The notes under the pieces are model-generated. The model saw only the letters and a list, made by a program, of their open reading frames with translations, was not told the DNA's origin and did not search any database. A program made the position numbers and the translations under genes. Shown here one piece after another: positions 12,257 through 26,121 of a stretch of 64,000 bases of DNA. Numbering within the stretch: the stretch's first letter is position 1; each line of letters starts with the position of its first letter. Source of the stretch: Octopus sinensis (taxonomy: Eukaryota); the NCBI RefSeq assembly GCF_006345805.1, contig NC_043012.1, positions 34,286,001 to 34,350,000 of the forward strand, given 5' to 3'.

Positions 12257-12260
<4 letters not shown>
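9271..12260 (+). mobile_element. Non-LTR retrotransposon with RT, CCHC knuckle and restriction-like endonuclease (R4/Dong-like); 5'-truncated, two frameshifts
   Basis: RT motifs KAPGHD, YRPITCL, QKGCR, WIDYKKAFDSIPH, GIFQGDTLSPLLF, LYMDDLKLY, FGLEKC and YKYLG. Knuckle CRICGDGQETINHIISSC. RLE motif RPDIVVRD...LID...KY. There is a +1 A in the A-run near 10880, and an 11-bp deletion near 12030 relative to the 8513 copy. Flanked by (AAT)n on both sides. Confidence 0.92.
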
Positions 12261-12321
<61 letters not shown>

Positions 12322-13365
12322 TAATAATAATAATAATAAGACGAAAAAGAAAGACTGATACAGACGAGGAATAGAAATATCTGAGTCTTTTAAGTCCTTC
12401 CTTTGATGGTACAAAGGTAAGAAGAATTTGTTGCAGCTTCGCCAACGTAAGAATATAACAAAGATTATTTGTGCAACTCTCTCTCTCTCTCTTCTCTTTC
12501 CCTACACATTCTACAGGCAGCCTAGACGTCTTCCTTATCTATATTCTCCCTGGTGTATCATGTTCTGGATTGCTTGATCCTGTACAGCTCGGATCAAACT
12601 ATATGTCTCTTTCACACTCTGTTCTTTAATATTTGAAATGACATTTGATTTCGATTCTCTTCAGAACTTGGAGCAAAAAAAAAAATCCCCATTTCGTGTA
12701 AACTTTCTTTGTTTATGCTCCAGTTCCAGAAATTCACTTCTTTCTCTTTTCCTTATTTCTATCAAAAACACCTCATCACTGTCACAAATATACTTCCTCA
12801 ACCTCTACCCATACCCCCCACAAGCCTTCTCAACAATCCTCTCCCTCTATACTTTTTGCTGAAATACAATCCATCAGAATTTGCCTGGGATTGTAAAGCT
12901 CTGGAGATTTCGTGCAATTTCCTTATATTTCTATCTTCGTTCTCAAGATCTTTCTTTGTCCTTTTGATTATTCCGGTGCTGTACCTGTTGATGGACACCG
13001 TTCTTGAGTTTTTATGGCAGTCATGGTATTTATGCCATTCAGTTTAGATTTTAATATCCGCTTTACCCTTCGGAAATATTCTTTCTTGGGTTTGTTTCTC
13101 AGGAACTAAACAACAGCATCAACAATCTAGTAAGAACAACAACAACAATAGCAATAATAAGCTGGCAAAAACAAGAACGAGATGCAATAACGACAACAAC
13201 AATGACAAGATGGAAACAATAGAGACAATAACAAAAAAAAAAAGCTGGCAAGAATAACAACAACAACCACGGCAACAAAGTAAGTGAACCTCTACGAGGT
13301 CGTATGATCTGCAAGAAATAGCAGAAAATTATCTCTTCCTTATTAAATGAAGGACGTGTTATATA

Positions 13366-13583
13366 TATTTCTTTACTACTCACAAGGGGCTAAACACAAG
13401 GACAGACAAACGGATTAAGTTGATTATATCGATCCCAGTGCGTAACTGGTACTTATTTAATCGACCCCGAAAGGATGAAAGGCTAAGTCGACCTCGGCGG
13501 AATTTGAACTCAGAACGTAGCGGCAGACGAAATACGGCTACGCATTTCGCCCGTCGTGCTAACGATTCTGCCAGCTCGCCGCC
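13366..13583 (-). mobile_element. SINE family A copy with 11-bp TSD
   Basis: Flanked by acgtgttatat on both sides. Confidence 0.88.
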
Positions 13584-14074
13584 CTCAGAACGTGTTATAT
13601 TAATAACATGTCATATTAGAGGCACAAACCAAGAGAGAAACAAAAGAACAAAACAACATAACAAAACTGAACGGTCCTCGCTGGAATGCCTGATCATAGA
13701 CCTGTCCAGTAAGGCAGACCCTGGGTTAAACCAGAGCAAGCAGAAGAAGACTGAAACAATAACGATAATGGCAGAAGTGTGGAGAGCAAAAATGGCAACT
13801 TGCACAACAAGTTATTTCGAGAAAGAGAGAGAGAGAGAGGGGGAGGAGGAGGTGGAGGAGAGAAAGAAGCCGCCATTATCGGCGTGACTTTTATATATTT
13901 TGACGGTCAAAGGGGCCAGTGAATATGTATATATATAAACTATTTCAAACACTAGAGATCTCCACTAATAATCAGCACGTGACTAACCGCAATTTCTAAT
14001 GTTGCCGTTCTTTTTACCTACAGCTCGGCAAATACCAGACAATCACATATATATACACATATATACATATATAC

Positions 14075-14105
<31 letters not shown>

Positions 14106-14117
14106 GATATATATATA

Positions 14118-14171
<54 letters not shown>

Positions 14172-14597
14172 TATATATACATATACATATATATATTATA
14201 TATATATATATATATAGATGTATACACATACATATACACAATCATATTCATACATAAGTCTCCATGGTCCCCCATATAATTGTGAGTATGTGTGTGTGTG
14301 TGCGTGCGTGTGTGTGAGTGTGTACGCACGCACATGTATGCACATATACGTTATACATTCATACACACATACAAACGTACATGCATACATGCATACATAC
14401 GTACACACGTACGTATATACATACCTATATGCGTTTGTGTAGATACGAGTTAATTAACTTTGAGGTCCTCTCTTCCCTTTGATTATTACTTTGTCCCCAC
14501 CACCTCTCCCTGAAGAAAAGGATTAAGACCACAACAACAACAATAATAACATTAATAGTGATATAAAGAAGAAAATGAAGAATAAGAAACGTATTAA

Positions 14598-14665
<68 letters not shown>

Positions 14666-14913
14666 CATTATCAACGTATTTAGTGTATTTTATTGTGTGC
14701 GGGGTAAATCTATCTGCTAAATGGTTACATCAGCTGTGAATGTGACCACTAGTGCCAACCTATCCTGTCTACCGACTGCTCTGTGTTGGACATCTCTGTC
14801 CAGTCCAATCCATTCCAGTCCAATCCTCTTCTGTCCAGTCGCATCTGTCCAGCTCCGTCCACTTCTATACAGTTCAGCTGAATCAGTCCTTGATTACCAA
14901 CGAGGAAGAAAAT

Positions 14914-17727
14914 ATGACAGTAAGTTTATTAATTAGTTTTAATTATTAACATTGATATTTCCTATTTTATGCATGTTACTGTTTTTATTGACCATTAGGT
15001 CACCCTTTGATCAAGCAGACGTTCCAACCGTGACTGTTACGACTTTTGGAAGCTTATCAACAACTGCATTACCTAATGTGTTCTCTCCTTTTTAAGGATG
15101 CTTGGTGATTTGAAAGAGATTTGGGAAAGAGATTTGAAGGGGATTTGGTCAAGCAAGTGAAGCGATTACATAGAGGCCTCCTCTAAGTCTAAGATTAGCT
15201 CTAAACAAACAAATCAATGGTCAAAGACATCCCAACTACGACCACCTCACCTTATTTTCAGGCAACGCACTCGGGACTATATTGTATAAAGTACTGTTCC
15301 TTTTTTAAAAGCAATGAGGTAAGGTCTGAGGACGATTTAGCTGCTATGTTCTAATAGGTACCTCTCATTAAATTGGTGAAATCCAGGCGATTGATTAGAG
15401 TCTTGCTGATGATGTTCTAAACATCTGTAGGTCACTTGGTACATTTGTAGATCATCTGTTGGTCGTAGTTTGCAGTGGCGGGGTGGGGATGTGAGTTATG
15501 GCTGGACATAAGGAAGTTTCATAAGTGAAGGGAAGACTGGGCGAAATGTTAAGGATGTCGTAGCTTTGGATGGAAATAGGAGATGGAGTGCAGCATCCTG
15601 GATAAACCGAAGATCGCGAATGTTTCCAGTGGGAGGAAATTGCCCAATAGTTAATGACACTACATGAATTTTTGATTCTAGAAGGTATTTAATAAGTCTG
15701 TCCCAATACAATGGACTCATACTTTGCTTAAAATTCTTAAAAAATGAAACCAAATTTCCACACCACATTCAGTTGGGACACCCTGTATCACTTATACTTA
15801 TTTTACAAATCATATTATTTGCAGTTCATACATTTTCCTAAAACTAATTGAGCCATCGAATTTAGAAATATTTTACAGGTTTCCTTGTTTATGTTCGATT
15901 ACTTTGAATATTGATTTTTTTGTGGTCCAAGTTTCTAATTTTTGCAGACAATATCACTTTCTTTTACCTTATTTGACACGTGAGTAGAACTCGTGTCTGG
16001 AAACATCGTGACATAGATTGTTGAAAAAAATCGACATTAGGGCCCTTCCAATGGATCCTTTTTCTACCACATATTACTAATATTCTATTTAAACACACCA
16101 AGCGAAATAACCAATACCACCTGCAGCTTTTAGCGATGCGATCAATATTTGATTCTCACGACCAGCCAACCTAATTCTACATTTCACTTCTCACAGTTTT
16201 GAACTGCTAAACATTATTATTGCACTTCCTTGATTTGAATCTTAAAACTTAAAGACTTCATTCATACATTTCTATTCATACATGGTTTTTTGAATGCCCA
16301 TTACACCGATAATTCTGCATTTTTACATTTACACTTTCTCAATGACAGTAGATAATTTTTTTAACAACGTATTTGTAGTGGGTTCATGCAGGCATAGCGT
16401 GGCTTCTATCTTCGATTGCCAAATTTCACTTAACACTTCAACAGCGCTTTCCTCATGGTAAAACAATAGTTTTTCTGTGAACAACAACCTCTCTCGCCAA
16501 CCTCCGGAAACATCTCTCTCTCCTCCAGCTGACAGTTTTTGTACTTTTTTGTGACGGAAAATACACCTTTTGTGACAGTCATAACGAAATTGCTTTCTTA
16601 TATCAGAATAATAAGGCGTTTCAATAGAACATCTTTACAAAGAAAATGAAAGACGAAGACAGGTGTAGGAACAACAAGCAGGTGTATTAATTTAACGCTC
16701 GGGAAAAATGGAAATGTCTTTTACGTTTCGAGCCTACGCTCTTCGACAGAAAGGATTAAGAGGACAAAAGGAGAGAAAGAATGAAAAAAACGGAGAGAGA
16801 AGAAAGTGCAGAGTTCAATGGTCCAACATGGCGAGATATACGAGTATATATATCTGTATGTGTATGTATGTATGTATGTATGTGTATGTATGTATGTATG
16901 TATGTATGTATGTATGTATGTATGTATTATGTATGTATAACGGACGTATAGAATATGTCAGAGGTGTATAACAACATCCGATAGTCTGACCGATATAGTG
17001 GTAAGTGATATATAATGCATTATATATTGTATGACATATATGACATATATACTACAATATTGTGTAGAGGTAAAGCCTCCCTTCGGTCATGACTGACCAT
17101 GGGATTGCACCAAGAAAGTTCCCCTCTGAGGCACAAGTCTGAGCAAGGTTGTTTATGGAAGACCAGCAGTCGCCCATGCATACCAGCCTTCCACCTTCAC
17201 GCCACCGATGTCATCCAAAAGAAAGGCAAAGGGGCCGATACAGCTTGGTACCAGTGACGTCACAATTCATTTCTACAGCTGAGTGAACTGGAGCAACGTG
17301 AAATAAAGTGTCTTGCTCAAGAACACAACACGCAGCCCAGTCCGGGAATCGAACTCGTACCTCATGATTGTGAGCCCGACTCTTTAACCACTGATCTATG
17401 CACCTTCACATTGCAATATTGTATAACGTGTATAATATTGTGTTGGATGACGTATTGTATATATCTAATGGCATATAGAACAACATTAAAAGACATTTAG
17501 TCATATAAATGAGTGTAACACAAAACAAACAAAATATTAAACGTTTGAAATTCAAGAATATTCTTTTATAATTCCAGTTTGTGTTGTATATCGCTTCCAT
17601 TTGCTTCTGGCTGTTGGCGCTTTTTTGTGGAGCTGAAAGGAAAATCTCTCTTCAAGGTAAGCAACAGAACGTTTGCCATTTCGACTACTCTACTAATCTT
17701 ACTTCATGCAGTGGTGGTGGTGATGAC

Positions 17728-17815
<88 letters not shown>

Positions 17816-18903
17816 GTCTGTAGCACAGGCACAAGGACTGACATTTGGGAAAGAGGGCTAGTCGATATCATCGAACCCAGTTATTAGATGGCATTTAATT
17901 TTACCAAAACCCGGAACGTAAAGTTAAGAAAGAATGGCACTATTTGTACTCAGAACATAACGAAGTATAGTTAAATACCACAAGCCATTTTGTCATTTGC
18001 TTAACCAGCCCCATACAGCAGTTTCCAAACTCTCGTCTCCAATGCGAGCAAAAACTCATTTCACTCCTCGGACATCGCTCCTAACACTCAACTTCTACAC
18101 TTTTTCTTCAGCAGGCACATCATTGCCTCACACAGTCGGCACACATATATACACATATACATCCAAAATCCACTTGCTCCCATACAAACATACTACCTAA
18201 ATAGACTATTTTCCATTGAATACTTTTCTTCCGTTCGTTATACGCCCCCGCCACACGAAAAAAAGCAAAAACAAAAAAAAAACACATATGATGAAAATCA
18301 AATTCAACTTTGGCTGGACTTGAACTCAGACCATGAAGTGAATTAAAAATAGCTAAAAGTAAATTCATCAGGCAATTCCTTGTGCGTCTACCCACCAAAT
18401 TATGCCAATCAGCACGTCTTCTTCTCACGTCATCATGGCATAAATGGTTCGTCTGCTATTTTTGTTGTTCAACAATAATTAGATTGGCATTTTGTTGTGG
18501 ATACTATATAATTGGTTTGGCATTTTAGTTTCTATCGATAATCGTATAATAGAATAAGATGCCGCACAAATATTATTGCATTTCGTTATTGCTTATATCT
18601 GTGAAAGAGGTTTTAACACAACATCGTTCGCAACTCAAGAAAAACAAAAACAAAAACAAAAACAAAAAAAAACAGAAGAAAAATAATATAAAGCAAAACT
18701 AAATATTTTTCTCTTATTGTGTTTTTTTTTTTATATAAGTTGTTTCTTTCTTAGTTTATTTTCTATTTTCGGATGGGAAAACGTCTTAATTGAAAATCAC
18801 AAACAATAAACGAATTTATTATATTGATAAGCTCGACCTGTTTGCTGCTGGTGGTGGTGGTGGTGGTGACGACGACGATGACAACAACAACAACAACAAC
18901 AAC

Positions 18904-18935
<32 letters not shown>

Positions 18936-18998
18936 TAATAATAATAATAATAATAATAATGATAATAATAATAATATAATAATGATAATAACAACAAC

Positions 18999-19069
<71 letters not shown>

Positions 19070-19389
19070 TAATAATAACAATGATAATAATGATGATAAT
19101 TGGTACGAGTGTGCTGATAATGCTCTTGCTGCAGCTTCTGAGAATAATGGTAAACAGCGATAAGAATATTAGATTCTTATCATTAGTGACGTCTGTCGCA
19201 GAAATTGGACATGTGAGGAGATATTTTCGTTTCGGAAATATTTACTTATTTCATTATTTATGTTCAATGTTGATATTGTTTGTTTGGTGGAATAGGAACA
19301 TATCTAAATATAGCAACTCGCAGCCGTACAAAGTGGGAGGAAAGATAAAAATAGATTAGGAGATACAGATTTAGTAAAGAATGATTTGA

Positions 19390-19421
<32 letters not shown>

Positions 19422-19572
19422 TATTTAATAACAGTTTGACTCCATGCAACTTAGTCTTGTAGGCTCGTTGAACGAACCTATGTATACATACATACATACA
19501 TATCTATATCTACATATATGAGAATAAAGTGTACGTACGCCGCTATATATATATATATATATATAATATATA

Positions 19573-19667
<95 letters not shown>

Positions 19668-22600
19668 TACATACATATATATATATATATATATAAAATA
19701 CAAAATAGGACAAGAACGCAAAACATCAAAATAGACGTTACAAAAAACACGGACGGGTCATTCGAAGCCTTTAATCTTTAGCCAAGAACCGGATCATTCT
19801 CCGCGAGGCTGATCTGGTTCTTGACTGCAAGGATGATCCGGTTCTTGACTGCGAGGATTATCCGGTTCTTGACTGAAGATTAAAGGCTTCGAATGACCCG
19901 TCCGTGTTTTTGTATCGTCTATTTGGATGTTTTACGTTCTTGTTCCATTTTGTATTTTTTATATATATATATATATCTACATCTATCATATAGTTACAAG
20001 GTGCATTCCAGAAGTTTCGAGACTGTTTCAGGAGAGACATTTCTTAATTTCAAAGACGTACAAAACTCTAATCCCTTTCAAAGTAGGGTCCTCTGATTTC
20101 AACGCACTTTTGTTGTAGCACTCAAGCTACTTCATGGAGGTCCCATGGAAGTCCTTCAAAGTGAAGGAGTCCACGACCCTTGTCACAGCCCTCTACATCT
20201 TTAGCTTGGGGAACAAAGTCACAAGCAACAAGGACTGGATTGTAGGGAGGGTGAGGGTCAGTTCTGATACCCGTCTTTGTCAAGTAGTTGGTCACCAGGA
20301 CGAAAATGTGGACTGGCGCATTATTTTAGTGCAGGTGCTCCGGCCTTTTGCTCTGACATTTTTCGGAACGCCCTTAAAACTTTCACAAAATACCCTTTGT
20401 TGACCCTCTGGCCAGAGAAAACCCAAATAGATGCCGATGATGCCCTTGCTGTAGAAGAAGGGGATCATCATGCGTTTCCCGGTAAACTTGCTCCAGCTGG
20501 CCTCTTGTGCTAGCGAAGAGCAGATACTCAGCACGGTTAATCCATAAGCTGTCTGGAGCGTTTCACAAGTTTCTGTAGCGTTTTTGCCCAGTTTAACAGA
20601 ACACTTTTGCACAACGAGTTCCCAAATTGTCCTCACGTCCCGACTGCATTCTGCTTTCTACTCAACTGTGAAAAGCAGTGTTTAGTAGGATGTGTTCAAA
20701 ATGATGTTACAGCCGTCTCCTTCAATTTAAAATAACAAAAGTTGGCCGTAAGTCAGCTTTTAGATTTATTGTAATGTTATACTGAAATTACAATAATGTA
20801 GAACAGTTATAACGGCCTCTTCTAAAAAATGTTAAAAACTTCTGGAATGTGTACACACAGACAGAGTGACAGAGAGACGGAGAGACACACACACACGCGC
20901 ACACACACGCGCGTACATACACACACACACGCACACGTACACACACACACACACACACACACAATTCTCTTTTGGGGCGATGGATATCAGAAACTCGAAG
21001 CAGATAAAGTTATAAATAATAGAGTTCAAATTTCGGTTTGAAAAAGCGCTTTGGATACAGAAGTCGAATTCTGCCCGTGGTGCTCGAACCTGTATCTCCT
21101 GTAAACATGACACACATGGTCACAGACTAGATTAAAAAATGTTGACTCTCTCTTATTAAATATAACTATGTCACTTCATGTCAGCCGCCATCAAAGTGGA
21201 TGAGACTACGAGTTTTTTACAAACGCTATTACGTCTGTTCCATCAATCACCGACTTTTATGAAAAAAAAAAAAAAGACACGGAACAAATAATATAAGATG
21301 GCAGACGAGTTGTACGTCTCTGATTGGTTGGTACACATTCTGCATAGGTGTGATATTGATATGGGGCAAAAGAGAGTATTCTCAAGGGAATTAGGAAAAT
21401 AAGATGCAAGTGGGGACAATTAGATTCTTGCCTGCAGTACGTTCCGTAAGACAAATGACGGATCTTTTCGGTTTGAACGGTAGTTTTTATCATAATTTCT
21501 AGGTAACTAAAAAATTTTTAGCTTCGTATACTGGTAGAATGTGTTTATAAAACATCTATTTCTCTTGGCTTTATTGAGAAAATTCTATAGTTTGTAAAAT
21601 ATTTCTTGTTTTTTTCTTCAATTTCTGCAATTTCAACCAATCACTGACGTCCATTGAGGTAAAAAACATTCTGTGCCGTATGAATATGTCCTTCGTTTAA
21701 GAAACAGATTGGGTTTATTTACATTTGTGAAGAAAAAAATATTCCCTTCCCCCCACCCCTAACCCTAACCCTAAAATAGATTGAAATGCAGTAGATCGAT
21801 ACTAGGGTCATAATTATGAGTGACAATTTCATATGACACCGCTAGAAAAAACTGCCGTTCAAACCGAAAAGATCCCAAATGACTTAATCGACGTGTTCTT
21901 TCACAGTGCTGTGTATCCCATCCCAAGTTATTCAAATTAGAATTTCATAGAAAATAAACTGATATTGGTTCGAAAAATCTGTGATTCTTTTTATTTATAT
22001 ATATATTTTTTGTTACTCAGAATGTCAAAGAACCCACCGAGCTCATCCAGGGTCAAGAACAAAATTCCAAATGCTTGATGGAAAGTTTTGGATCGAAGTT
22101 GATTGTGGATTTTTAGTGTGGAACCAGAAGATGTGTCAGTGCACTTATAACAAAATGGATCAGAAAAATAAGTGCAGTGATTTTGTGAAAGGAGAGGCCC
22201 CTGGGTTATACAAACGCTGGAATGGACTGGTTTGGGAATCGAAAGATTGCAACCAATTTATTGGGAAGAAAACCATGATTTGGAATGAAGAGAAGTGTAT
22301 CTGCGACTGGGGCCCAGATGGACGTAAAACGATTGTACATCCAAAAGAAAAAAGTAAGTAGGAGTTTTTAATAAACAGTTTTATATGAAGTGGAAAGTTT
22401 GATAAGAGACAGTTTATAGTTTAGTTTCTGATCAATCTTGATTGAATAAACGTCTTATAAAGACTTTCCCGCCTTTACCATTTCATCTTATTGCAGACAT
22501 AGTCTATCTAGGATTACATAATCTTATATAATCTTTTCTTTTTTTAAAGACAATACGGCGAGGTTTGAGGGAGATTTAGCTCCTATTTTTAGAAGGTTGC

Positions 22601-24448
22601 GTGACCACGTAGATACTCTCTCTCAGGGAAAATAAAATAGAATTAATGAAGAAGAGAAACCATTCGTGGTCTGAAGTTGTTTATGTTTAGAATCTTTAAG
22701 CGCCTTCTACAGCGGTTCCTTGACGTTTGAAAAAAGCACTTCGGATAAAGACATTAAACATTCACCGAGTTTTCTAAAGATGAAAATAAAATTTTTGCCT
22801 CCTATCAATGCAGTTTCAACCCTAACTGGAAGACGAATCTAATCATATTCCAAGTTCTATTTGCGATAGAGATAAAAAAAAGATTTAATACATACTAGCA
22901 CTATGATCCGGCGTTGCTGGGTCATAGTGCTAGTGCATGCATATAAAGGTGCGTGCGTACGCACATACACGTGAGTACTGTCCAAATCTCCGACCAATCA
23001 CATACAGCTAGCTGGCATTCAATTGGTGTATCAAGTTTCGGACATTTTGATTGGGTTTTGGATAGAAAATTCACAAAAAAGTCACTTCTATTGATTTTTT
23101 AATGGCTTTGCAGGGTGACTGGGGAAATGTAAGGATGTGTGCGACCACCCTTGGACAGTTTTGAATGACCATAGAAAGTGCGAGCCCTCTAACTGAAAAT
23201 TTGTGTATTTGTATAAAGGACACACACACAGACAGACACTAAATGAAAAGTTGTGGATTTGTATAAAAGACACACACACGGACAGACATTTTGCCGTTTA
23301 TATATAGAGAGATAGATACTTGAATGTGGATTCTTTTGAGCACTGATTATGTGTCTAGGGGACTGTATTTGAACTTGTGTCTAAAGGACTGTATTTGAAC
23401 TTGTAACCTTTATTTTTAAACTGTAGTTTAGAAATAAACTAAGGAGTCATTAAACAAAAGTGTAGTAAAGTTACTGTCCGGTTGGCCTCTGCTGATTTCA
23501 CCGTTCTGGCTACATTTCTACTCTATTACAGTAAAGACAGCCTGCCATATATGGATATATGCTGCGGCTGGCCTTTATAGTTATATCGACTTCGTTGATT
23601 AATCTAAGTTTTCCTTTGAAGATAATTTCAATGAATTAAAAATTAATTTCTCAGGAAAATTATTTTTCATGCTTAGAGGTAAAATAATCGATGTTTGTTG
23701 GTGGACAAGATGTCACATAGGAAATGTTTCAACGAGGTACAGCCTGGTCAGTGAATTGTGATGTTTTTACAAATAGAGAAAGCTGTTTTGGTCAATGGTA
23801 GTTTGGGTAATAACAAAAAGCGAACTAAGGGAAATAACTGAAGTTTGTTAATGGCATGAACAGAAATAAGTGAGGCAGATAAGGATGGACTGAATGACAA
23901 ATATATAAAAGAATTCTCAATGGAGTGAAATTTACCTTTTAGTTGGAGAAAGAACACTAAAACCTAGCGGGCGATCGTTAATACTGTCAAAATTTAAAAA
24001 AAATGGTGTGAAATTAAACGTTCATAAAAAGTGGTGACTCTGTCGCAACTCAGAGTTTCTCTACTAAATGTATTGAATACTTTCTCTCCTGTTTTTATAC
24101 CCAAACATGTGTGTGTGTATGTGTGATTACACACACACACACATCTGTAAATGTAATATGTGACAATTTTTCGGTAGCTATGATAAAACTCCGAGTTTCG
24201 GATGTCGGGGTGGAAATCCACTCCGCCATGTCTTTGTTTTCCCTTTGTTTAACGGTCATTTTTCATACCATCTTCCCGATGGCCGGATAACTGAAGAGAT
24301 GGCGGCGTGGATTTCCGCCCCGACATCCAAAACTCGGAGTTTTATCATGACTACCGAATAATTGTCACATATTACATTTACAGATAAATTTCTCTATTTA
24401 CATAATATTCAGGTCTCTTTCATTCTTTTGTTGTCTTACCATTTTTAT

Positions 24449-24488
<40 letters not shown>

Positions 24489-26084
24489 TTTCTTTCTTTT
24501 GCTGTATTCAGTTCCTGCCAAGAACTGCGTCGTCATGCTCAACATCACTTTCGATGCTGGATTTTTCGACAATGCCCACCAGTCTTGGATTGAAAGGCGA
24601 AATATTCCGAACAGCGAATTAGTCCAAGATCCTGCAACAGTTGGATCCGGTCAAGCAGCATGCTTTGACGAATCTCCAATGCTGTCAGCATATTTCATTG
24701 AGAATTCTTTAACAAATAACTTTAATATTGCCTTCAGTTTCAAAATTTGCCAAAAAATGGTGGCAGACGACCGTCTACAGAGCCTTTTCCACAACAGCTG
24801 CTATATTGAAGGCGACGGTGTGATTTCTCCTACTATTTCTTTGAGTTTCCAACCAAAAACTGGTTTATTCATCATTGACATAGATACCGAACACAGCGTT
24901 ATTCCAATCACGGACTCTTGTGTTGCACGCATTGTAAGTATATATGTACGCATGTAACAAGGTATGTATGTATGTATGTATGTATGTATGCATGTATGTA
25001 TGTATGTATGTATGTGTGTATGTATGTATTTATTCAAAATGTGACCGCGTGTGTATCGTTGGCGATTTTTTTCCCTCTGTCTTCCCTTCCTTGGATCTTT
25101 CCTTTTCCTATGTTTCTGACGAAGAGCTCCGCTCGAAACGTTAAATCCTACTTCTTTCTTTCCTTCCCTGAGCGTCCAATAACACTATACTTGTTCCACG
25201 TGCTCGCGTTGTTGTGTTTTCTCTTTGTGTTTTCATTTTTGGATTAACGATATATATATATATGGCAAGCATGCAATAATGAACTATTCAAAACATTGCT
25301 ACATCTGTTTCAATAGCGGAGTTATTTATTTAATAATGCGCATTACATTACATAATATTACGTGATTCTGCATCATTAAGTAACCAAGTAATTTCATCAG
25401 GTGATATTTAGATTTTAATCGAAGGCAGTGAGCTGGCAGAAACGTCAGCACACCGGGCGAAATGCGTAGCCGTATTTCGTCTGCCGTTACGTTCTGAGTT
25501 CAAATTCCGCCCAGGTCGACTTTGCCTTTCATCGTTTTGGGGTCGATAAATTAAGTACTAGTTACGCACTGGGGTCGATGTAATCGACTTAATTCTTTTG
25601 TCTGTCCTTGTTTGTCCCCTCTATGTTTAGCCCCTTGTGGGCAATAAAGAAATAGGTATCGACCTCAATTCACGATTGGTACTTATTCTATTGGGTTCGA
25701 AAGGATGAAAGGCAAAGTCCACCTCGACAAGACTTGAAGTCAGAAGACAAGAGAGTCTAATAACGGAAATCCGGTTCTTTCCCACTTCTGCTGATCATAG
25801 CCCTTTATATTTGATTAAAATATAGAAAAAAGACACAGATTAAAAAACCCAATTGTTTTCGTTTTTTTTTTCTATACAGGATGATTCTGTTTGGAATACG
25901 GTAGAGATGACTTACCAGAATGATATCCTCATCCTCTCAGTTAATCACCAGATTTGTCTTAAATCGACATTTTTCAAAGGTTTGTGACCTTCTTTTACCT
26001 TTTTTTTTTACCCATTATTTTCTTTCGTTTTCTTATCAGAACTTCGAAACATTTCCTCCGGACGGCACTTTCAGCATATCTTGG

Positions 26085-26121
<37 letters not shown>

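Noticed and set aside
19790-19880. Short regularly repeated units resembling a CRISPR array
   Set aside because: Three contiguous ~22-bp units with no unique spacers, in eukaryotic context with no cas genes.
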